A stretch of 24,000 nucleotides of DNA from Dyadobacter sediminis (GTDB lineage: Bacteria > Bacteroidota > Bacteroidia > Cytophagales > Spirosomataceae), in the NCBI RefSeq assembly GCF_005860765.1, contig NZ_VCEI01000011.1, forward strand, positions 1,193,819 to 1,217,818, read 5' to 3'. This document shows, piece after piece, positions 8,833-14,804 of the stretch. Below the pieces are notes generated by a model that searched no databases, was not told where the DNA came from, and saw only the letters and a program-made list of their open reading frames with translations. Within the stretch, counting starts at the first letter, position 1. The number at the start of each line of letters is the position of its first letter. The position numbers were made by a program, and so were the translations under genes.

Positions 8833-9894
8833 TCAATCCGGTTTCTGCCCGTTTTCAGCCTGTATTTCATTGGGTATGCCAATTTCATAAAACTTCATTG
8901 CTTCCGAAAGCTGTTCTGCAATGCGCTTGATCAGGATTCTTGGCGCCAAGATCCGGATTTTTGAACCAAAGCCTAAAAGCTCCCGTTCGAGCTCATAATT
9001 GTGAATTACCTGAATACTGAAAACAATGCCTTCTTCATCATTGCTGACGATTTTCTGTGTGGCATGCAGCGGTTTAGTAATTACATACGGCGCATCTTTA
9101 TGATTCATCCAGAAAACCACTTTCATATCCCGCTGGCCAGGCGATTTGGTAACGCCCAGAACGTCCGCATAATAATTGGAAAGATCGAGCGTCTGGTTTT
9201 CACGGTAAATTTCACAACGGTCATTTTCAAGTGTTTGAAACCTGTCCAGCGCCAGTGTCAGCAACGGCGCATGCCGCTGATGCGATTGCCCGAGTACAAA
9301 CCAGCGGTTCCTGTATTCTTTTAAAAGATACGGACTGAAACAAAAAGTGGCCGGCTGCCTGGCTTTAAAAGATTGATATGTAATACAGAGAACCGTTTTC
9401 GAAATGATGGCTTTTCGAATCCCTTCAATGAATTCCAATCCTTTGAGGTGATCATTTTTTTCGAAGTCAACAACGGGCAGACTTTGGGTTCTCTGCGCAT
9501 AAATCCGGTCTTCCAGCTTGCTGACCATTTCCGACAAGTCCGTAAAATGGCTGAACCCTTTAAACTGTTTCAACAAGCCCGAAACCTCGCCGAGCACTTT
9601 CAGGTCTTCATGGCTGAGCGGAATGTTGGTAATGCTGTAATGCCTGTCGGAGTACGTATAATATTTTTTATCCACGACAACAATCGGTGCTTCGTAACCG
9701 AGCTTGTCACTCCGCATCATTTCAATATCCGCCTGAACAGAACGCCTGCTTACGCCTTTGTCAATCCCCTCAAACTCGTAAAGTGCAGCGGAACATGCTT
9801 CAATCAGATCATCCAGCGTCCATTTGCGAAAACGGTTCTGCAGACAATTGTCAATTGTACGGTAACGAATCAGTGCGTTGCGGTTTACTGGCAT
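8833..9894 (-). CDS. HTH + WYL-domain transcriptional regulator (YafY/PafBC/BrxR/CapW-like architecture)
   Basis: 353-aa ORF. N-terminal winged-HTH-like region: NALIRYRTIDNCL...VSRRSVQADIEMMR. Central WYL-type region: LCITYQSFKARQPATFCFSPYLLKEYRNRWFVLG. C-terminal extension: VFSIQVIHNYELERELLGFGSKIRILAPRIL. Assignment is by recalled family pattern, not by a search. Confidence 0.8.
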   Translation of the reverse strand: MPVNRNALIRYRTIDNCLQNRFRKWTLDDLIEACSAALYEFEGIDKGVSRRSVQADIEMMRSDKLGYEAPIVVVDKKYYTYSDRHYSITNIPLSHEDLKVLGEVSGLLKQFKGFSHFTDLSEMVSKLEDRIYAQRTQSLPVVDFEKNDHLKGLEFIEGIRKAIISKTVLCITYQSFKARQPATFCFSPYLLKEYRNRWFVLGQSHQRHAPLLTLALDRFQTLENDRCEIYRENQTLDLSNYYADVLGVTKSPGQRDMKVVFWMNHKDAPYVITKPLHATQKIVSNDEEGIVFSIQVIHNYELERELLGFGSKIRILAPRILIKRIAEQLSEAMKFYEIGIPNEIQAENGQKPD

Positions 9895-9930
9895 AAAAAA
9901 TATTTGCGGAAAATATAAAAATAAATGCTT

Positions 9931-9951
9931 CTGCGCAAAAAGACTGCGCAG
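9931..9951. promoter_or_regulatory. Inverted repeat in the WYL/rsr divergent intergenic region (candidate operator)
   Basis: CTGCGCA (9931-9937) - 7 nt - TGCGCAG (9945-9951), a perfect 7-bp inverted repeat. It sits inside the 122-bp region between the WYL start (9894) and the rsr start (10017). A near-match to the Bacteroidota -7 box, TTGGTTTG versus TAnnTTTG, lies just downstream at 9960-9967. Confidence 0.4.
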
Positions 9952-10016
9952 TCGGGTTGTTGGTTTGCATTGTCAGAGAGAAAATGTACACAACAAATAA
10001 ACGAAAGGAGGTTACT

Positions 10017-11591
10017 ATGAAATTCAATTCCCAGAAAAGCAGCACGCGGCAGACCGAAAATCACGAAGGTGCAAAAGCATTTGTAATGAATCCTGAAATG
10101 CAGCTTTATACAGCCGTAGTAACCTGGTCGCTGAATGATACCTTTTATGAAAAAAACGACGAACGGCTTAACCGCGTTCGAACGCTGATTACTACATGCG
10201 ACCCATTGTTTGTGGCCAGACTTGCCGTATATGCCCGTCATAAAATGTACATGCGCTCTGCTCCGCTTGTACTGCTGACCGAACTGGCCCGGATTCACTC
10301 CGGCGATAACCTGATTGCCCGAACCACTGAAAAAGTAATTGCCCGCGCTGATGAAATTACGGAACTGCTCGCCTGTTATCAGCTCCTGAACGAACGTACA
10401 GGTCTGAAAAAGCTGAACCGATTGTCCAAGCAGTTACAAAAAGGACTGTCGGCTGCATTCAACCGTTTTGACGAATACCAGTTTTCGAAATACAACCGCA
10501 GTGGAGAGGTCAAACTTCGCGATGCATTGTTTCTCGTCCATCCGAAAGCCAAAGATGAAGCGCAGCAAATGCTTTTTAATAAAATGGCAGAAAACAGGCT
10601 TGAAACTGCTTATACGTGGGAAACGGAACTTTCAGCTTTGGGCCAAAACGATTTTGAAAATGAGTTTGCCCGCGCCGAAGCTTTCAAAAGCAAATGGGAA
10701 GAACTGATCGATAGTAACAAAGTCGGCTATATGGCTATGCTGCGCAATCTGCGGAATATTCTTCAGGCCGGCGTTTCGTACGGGCATTTGCAAAAGGTTT
10801 GTGAAATCATTTCATCAGCTGAAAAAGTGGCCAAAGCAAAGCAGTTTCCTTTTCGGTATCTGGCTGCCTACCGTGAATTACAAACAGGAATTCAGGTAAC
10901 GGCACCACACTTTTCGGAAAAGATCAGAAGTCTTTTGTTTGGCAATGCGGGTTATACCGGTGATTTGCTGGAAGCACTTGAAAAAGCCGCTGCGCACAGC
11001 GCAGCTTCCATGGCCGGCTTTGACCAGCATACAAGGGTTCTGCTTGCGTGTGATGTTTCGGGTTCCATGCAGATGCCGGTTTCGCCCAAATCTAAAATCC
11101 AGCTTTTCGACATCGGGCTGATGCTTGCCATGCTGCTGCGGTCACGAAGTAAAAATGTAGTTGTCGGGATGTTTGGTGACAAATGGAAAACCATTACTGT
11201 TCCTAAAAATAACATTCTGGCCAATGTGCAGGAATTTTACAAACGTACGGGTGAAGTCGGGTACGCGACGAACGGTTATCTGGTAATAAAGGATTTGCTG
11301 GAAAGAAAAGTAATCATGGATAAAGTAATGCTGTTTACCGACTGCCAGCTCTGGAACAGCAGCGGCAGCCCGGAACATATCCATGCGCTCTGGATCCGGT
11401 ATAAACGAGAAATTGCGCCTGATGCAAAATTGTACCTTTTCGATTTGAGGGGTTATGGCCAGTCGCCTTTGCAGCTTGTACAGCATGACGTGTACTTGCT
11501 TGCCGGATGGAGCGACAAAATTTTTGACATCCTGAATGCGCTTGAAAAGGGCCGTACGGCTTTGCAGGAAATCAATTCCATCATGCTTTGA
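10017..11591 (+). CDS. rsr: Ro60-related protein Rsr (TROVE domain + C-terminal vWA domain)
   Basis: The track ORF is 9957..11591. The probable start is Met21 at 10017 (MKFNSQKS...), preceded by AGGAGG at 10006-10011. N-terminal TROVE-type sequence: TENHEGAKAFVMNPEMQLYTAVVTWSLNDTFYE...FVARLAVYARHKMYMRSAP. vWA MIDAS motif DxSxS in VLLACDVSGSM. Confidence 0.9.
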   Translation: MKFNSQKSSTRQTENHEGAKAFVMNPEMQLYTAVVTWSLNDTFYEKNDERLNRVRTLITTCDPLFVARLAVYARHKMYMRSAPLVLLTELARIHSGDNLIARTTEKVIARADEITELLACYQLLNERTGLKKLNRLSKQLQKGLSAAFNRFDEYQFSKYNRSGEVKLRDALFLVHPKAKDEAQQMLFNKMAENRLETAYTWETELSALGQNDFENEFARAEAFKSKWEELIDSNKVGYMAMLRNLRNILQAGVSYGHLQKVCEIISSAEKVAKAKQFPFRYLAAYRELQTGIQVTAPHFSEKIRSLLFGNAGYTGDLLEALEKAAAHSAASMAGFDQHTRVLLACDVSGSMQMPVSPKSKIQLFDIGLMLAMLLRSRSKNVVVGMFGDKWKTITVPKNNILANVQEFYKRTGEVGYATNGYLVIKDLLERKVIMDKVMLFTDCQLWNSSGSPEHIHALWIRYKREIAPDAKLYLFDLRGYGQSPLQLVQHDVYLLAGWSDKIFDILNALEKGRTALQEINSIML

Positions 11592-11713
11592 AATGCTGAA
11601 ACCTAACAAATACGCATGCGTTCCATTTGAAAATATTTAAAAATGACATTTGGCCAACTATTAAAATATCTGACAGCTAAGAGCTAACGATCAAAAGCTG
11701 ATCAACAATCATT

Positions 11714-11833
11714 AAGGATGCCGTAGAAACAGGATACTTCGCTGCACTTACGGGGCGGGCATTATGGTGAAAGCCAGGATGGAGGTTCGAGTCCTCAAAG
11801 CGGTTCCCCGGCCTGTTTTGCCTGTCGCTCCTT
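11714..11833 (+). ncRNA. Y-RNA-like module A (long bulged terminal stem plus T-arm-containing top domain)
   Basis: Terminal stem: AAGGA (11714-18) pairs with TCCTT (11829-33), and AAACAGG (11727-33) pairs with CCTGTTT (11812-18), with a partly paired internal region. Motif ATACTTCG follows the inner helix directly. An internal stem pairs CGGGG (11751-55) with CCCCG (11806-10). T-arm GAGG-TTCGAGT-CCTC at 11782-11796. The 5' motif TGCCGTA and the stem layout are shared with modules B and C. Boundaries are approximate. Confidence 0.6.
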
Positions 11834-11840
11834 AAAAAAA

Positions 11841-11985
11841 AAAGGTGTCGTAAATGCGTGTTACTTCGATCTGTCACATCCCGGGTCGCCGGTTCGAGTC
11901 CGGCTCTGCTGTGCAAGCAGCAGATAGCTCAGTTGGTAGAGCAGGGCACCGCAAGGTGCATGTCACGCATTGTTTTTTACCCTTT
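11841..11985 (+). ncRNA. yrlA: YrlA-type Y RNA with a circularly permuted tRNA-like domain (module B)
   Basis: Order on the plus strand:
- T-arm GCCGG-TTCGAGT-CCGGC (11888-11904).
- Acceptor-like 7-bp hairpin TCTGCTG / CAGCAGA closed by a loop (11905-11924).
- TA at the U8/A9 positions.
- D-arm GCTC-AGTTGGTA-GAGC (11927-11942) with A14, G18, G19 and A21 equivalents.
- A GGG/CCC anticodon-stem remnant (11944-46 with 11880-82).
- Hairpin GCACC-GCAA-GGTGC (11946-11959).
Terminal stem: AATGCGTG (11853-60) pairs with CACGCATT (11964-71), and AAAGG (11841-45) pairs with CCTTT (11981-85). A U-rich 3' tail follows. It lies about 250 nt downstream of the rsr stop on the same strand. Confidence 0.85.
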
Positions 11986-11995
11986 TTGTTATTTG

Positions 11996-12089
11996 AAAGA
12001 TGTCGTACGAATGTGTTACTTCTTCTGGTAGAAACCGTGCAGACGGTCAGGTTCGAATCCTGTTTCACACATCCGGTTTGTTACTCTTT
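11996..12089 (+). ncRNA. Y-RNA-like module C (terminal stem plus non-permuted mini-tRNA-like top)
   Basis: Its 5' end AAAGATGTCGTACGAATGTGTTACTTC parallels module B's AAAGGTGTCGTAAATGCGTGTTACTTC. Stems: AAAGA (11996-12000) pairs with TCTTT (12085-89), and ATGTGT (12011-16) pairs with ACACAT (12067-72). The top domain has TTCT-GGT-AGAA (12023-33), CCGT-GCAG-ACGG (12035-46) and T-arm CAGG-TTCGAAT-CCTG (12048-62). Confidence 0.6.
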
Positions 12090-12160
12090 CAATTTAAATC
12101 GATTCGGTGCAGAGGCTGGATTAGTGTTTCCGGATGTTTGAAAATTGTTATACGATGCTA

Positions 12161-12210
12161 TTTATTGTCATGTATGGTTGTTTGTAGTCATTTGTAGTTA
12201 TGTATGGTCA
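12161..12210. repeat. Five helically phased 10-bp T/G-rich decamers
   Basis: The run reads TTTATTGTCA | TGTATGGTTG | TTTGTAGTCA | TTTGTAGTTA | TGTATGGTCA, starting at 12161, 12171, 12181, 12191 and 12201. TGTATGGT and TTTGTAGT each occur twice in an A-B-B-A order with exact 10-bp register. Confidence 0.5.
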
Positions 12211-12512
12211 TATCATACATTTTTGATTTTGAGTATTCATAATGGCGGTTTCCGGTTTTTCTGAATATCTGGCTGAATTGACAAAGTTCTGGAAGGAACG
12301 TTTTTCTGTTTAGTACATCATCCTGTGCTATGGCAGACAGTACTGAAAACCCGGCCCTTTTGTTTATACGCTCGCCGTTCGGAAATTTTCCAGTTTTATA
12401 AAAGCAATTTTCAGACTGAACGCATGAACCGGAATGGTGTTTTAATAAGTTAAACGGGTTTAGCTTCCTTGCCAAACTGCGCAATTTATTCCCGAAATCC
12501 CAAAAACACCCC

Positions 12513-13751
12513 ATGGATATATTGACTATTATTACATCTCTGATCATAACCAGTGCGGCATTTTCCTACCTCAACCAGCGTTTTCTCAGACTTCCGGGAA
12601 CCATCGGCGTAATGACGATTTCCATTGTGGTTTCGCTCTTTATCATACTGATCGGCAAGACAGGATTTGAAAATTCCGGACTGATCAAAACGCTGACCTA
12701 TAACATTGATTTTTCCAAAGTGCTGCTGGATGTCATGCTGGGATTTTTGCTGTTTGCCATGGCCATGCATTTTGACTATCAGGATCTTAAAAAGCTGAGA
12801 GCACCGGTGATATTGCTAAGTACCATTGGTGTTATTGTTTCCGCCGGTGTATTTGGCGGACTTTTCCATCTGGCAACCGTCCTCTTGAAAGTGGAAGTGC
12901 CGCTGATCTATTCATTTGTTTTCGGCGCACTGATTTCACCCACAGACCCGATCGCCGTTGCTTCCATTTTGAAGCAGTCCAGGATTCCTGCCCGGCTGGA
13001 AACCATTATTTCAGGTGAATCCATGTTCAATGACGCTGTGGGGCTTATCCTGTTTGTCACTTTGCTCAGCATTGCCGATCAGTCGCAGGAAAGTTTGTCG
13101 CTCATGCAATCACTGGTACTTTTTTCAGAGGAAGTCATCGGCGGTATCGTAATCGGTCTGATGGCAGGTTATGCGGGTTACCGGCTCATGAAATCAATCA
13201 GCGATTTTCAGACAATTTTTCTGATTTCAGTTGCACTTGTCTTAGGGCTTTCCGTTATAGCCGGACGTTTTCATGCCTCGGTTCCATTGTCTGCAGTTAC
13301 CGCGGGACTGATTATAGGCAATAACCGCTTCGGAAGGTCGCATCCTGCCGAAGAATCCCTGAGCATGGTGTGGAAGTTGCTGGATGAAGTTCTGAATACG
13401 ATTCTGTTTGTCATGATCGGTTTGCAGCTGATCATGCTTCCGTTTTTTAGCAATTACCTGCTCATTGGCTGTGTTTCGGTCGTTATCGTTCTTTTTGCCA
13501 GAATGATCAGCATTTCTATTCCTTCTATATTCATACTGCGCAGAATGAACCCGAGCAACCTTGCTATATTGACCTGGGCCGGACTGCGCGGCGGCATATC
13601 CGTTGCCATGGCGCTGCTGCTTCCGGCTTCTCCATACCGGGAAGCAATTCTGTCATGCTGTTATTTCATTGTGATCTTTTCAGTCATTGTCCAGGGCCTT
13701 ACCCTGAACCGTGTTGTAAACAAATTTGCAGACGACAAGGATCTGTTGTAA
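12513..13751 (+). CDS. Cation:proton antiporter (CPA1 / NhaP-type Na+/H+ exchanger)
   Basis: 412-aa polytopic membrane ORF. Na+/H+ exchanger family patterns: FGALISPTDPIAV, GESMFNDAVGLILF and TWAGLRGGISVAMAL. Confidence 0.88.
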   Translation: MDILTIITSLIITSAAFSYLNQRFLRLPGTIGVMTISIVVSLFIILIGKTGFENSGLIKTLTYNIDFSKVLLDVMLGFLLFAMAMHFDYQDLKKLRAPVILLSTIGVIVSAGVFGGLFHLATVLLKVEVPLIYSFVFGALISPTDPIAVASILKQSRIPARLETIISGESMFNDAVGLILFVTLLSIADQSQESLSLMQSLVLFSEEVIGGIVIGLMAGYAGYRLMKSISDFQTIFLISVALVLGLSVIAGRFHASVPLSAVTAGLIIGNNRFGRSHPAEESLSMVWKLLDEVLNTILFVMIGLQLIMLPFFSNYLLIGCVSVVIVLFARMISISIPSIFILRRMNPSNLAILTWAGLRGGISVAMALLLPASPYREAILSCCYFIVIFSVIVQGLTLNRVVNKFADDKDLL

Positions 13752-13881
13752 TTGTTTTTTTAAGCAAGCCGCTCATTTTGGAAACAAAAACGATTCGGTT
13801 TACAGGGTATAAAGGACATCGGGTATAATATAAGCAGATCGGGCTTTTCTGTTCTATACACCTGTAACACAGCAATCTTTT

Positions 13882-14766
13882 ATGAAATTTACAAAAATGC
13901 GGTATCCCGCGCCGGTCTGGTTTCTTGCATTGTCCGCTTTCTATTTACTGCCCGCTTCCGGCTTTTCACAAACTGCTTCAAACATCATTCCATTATGGAA
14001 AAACGGACCTCCCGGATTTGAGAAAAAGTCGGCAGAGCCGGAATCTGCCAAGGATTACTGGGTTAAAAATATCCATAATCCGTCCCTTCAGGTATTTCTT
14101 CCGCCAGCTGGAAAGGCCAATGGAACGGCAGTTGTTGTTTGTCCCGGCGGCGGTTTCCGGCTGCTGGTTTACAATGCTGAGGGCGTTGAGCCGGCAGCAT
14201 ATCTTGCCAGACTCGGCATTACGGTTTTTGTATTGAAGTACCGGCTTCCGCGCGAAGAAGGCTCACCCTACTCGCTCGACAAGCATCCGCGCGAAGATGC
14301 GCTGCGTGCGGTACGGCTGGTTCGGAGCCGTGCCAAAGAATACGATATTGATACAGCACGTGTCGGAATGCTCGGATTTTCAGCTGGCGGAGAAGTCGTT
14401 GCTGCTGTGGCATATGCTTCCGGAAAAGGCGATCCGGCTGCCGAAGACCCGATTGACAGGCTAAATGGGAAACCTGATTTCCAGATGCTTGTTTATCCCG
14501 GTCCGCTCGGGATTCCGGACGTCGTTCCTGCGGACGCGCCGCCTGCTTTTTTACTGGCCGCCAACGACGATCCGTGCTGCGGCGTCACTACGGCCAGTCT
14601 TCTGATCAAGTACAGGGAAGCCAAGCGGCCCGTTGAAGCGCATCTTTATACCAAAGGCGATCACGGGTTCAACATGGGAAACCGTTCTGAACTCCAGAGT
14701 ATCAAATCCTGGCCTCAACGAATGGCAGACTGGCTCAGCGACAGCGGTTATCTGAAGAAAAATTGA
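13882..14766 (+). CDS. Secreted alpha/beta-hydrolase (esterase, carbohydrate-esterase-like)
   Basis: 294-aa ORF. Signal peptide MKFTKMRYPAPVWFLALSAFYLLPASGFSQ. Oxyanion-hole-type VVCPGGGF. Nucleophile elbow GFSAGG (G-x-S-x-G). C-terminal GDHGF provides the candidate catalytic His. Confidence 0.85.
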   Translation: MKFTKMRYPAPVWFLALSAFYLLPASGFSQTASNIIPLWKNGPPGFEKKSAEPESAKDYWVKNIHNPSLQVFLPPAGKANGTAVVVCPGGGFRLLVYNAEGVEPAAYLARLGITVFVLKYRLPREEGSPYSLDKHPREDALRAVRLVRSRAKEYDIDTARVGMLGFSAGGEVVAAVAYASGKGDPAAEDPIDRLNGKPDFQMLVYPGPLGIPDVVPADAPPAFLLAANDDPCCGVTTASLLIKYREAKRPVEAHLYTKGDHGFNMGNRSELQSIKSWPQRMADWLSDSGYLKKN

Positions 14767-14804
14767 GATAGCTGTTGGCTTTCTGTTTTCAGTACATTAT
14801 GTGC

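Noticed and set aside
11905-11975. A canonical tRNA gene, suggested by the perfect D-arm GCTCAGTTGGTAGAGC and an acceptor-like stem
   Set aside because: The T-arm lies upstream of the acceptor and D-arm, which is a permuted order. The acceptor is closed by a loop, and the anticodon position holds a 4-nt GCAA loop. This fits a YrlA-type tRNA mimic, not a tRNA.
11677-12197. Track ORFs 11677..11916(-), 11854..12141(+), 11874..12068(-) and 12000..12197(+)
   Set aside because: They overlap one another on both strands across the structured-RNA cluster. Their composition is Arg/Ser/Cys-rich and non-protein-like. The conserved stems and T-loops explain the sequence better.
12230-12512. A cation-sensing riboswitch (nhaA-I / Na+ or Li+ type) in the roughly 370-nt region upstream of the Na+/H+ antiporter
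   Set aside because: I could not find a convincing conserved multi-stem structure or motif by eye. I cannot recall the consensus well enough to assert a match. A cmsearch against Rfam would be needed.
12188-12547. 119-aa minus-strand ORF between the Y-RNA cluster and the antiporter
   Set aside because: It overlaps the antiporter start codon region and has no recognisable motif or plausible composition. Its 3' part is made of the decamer repeat run. Probably non-coding.
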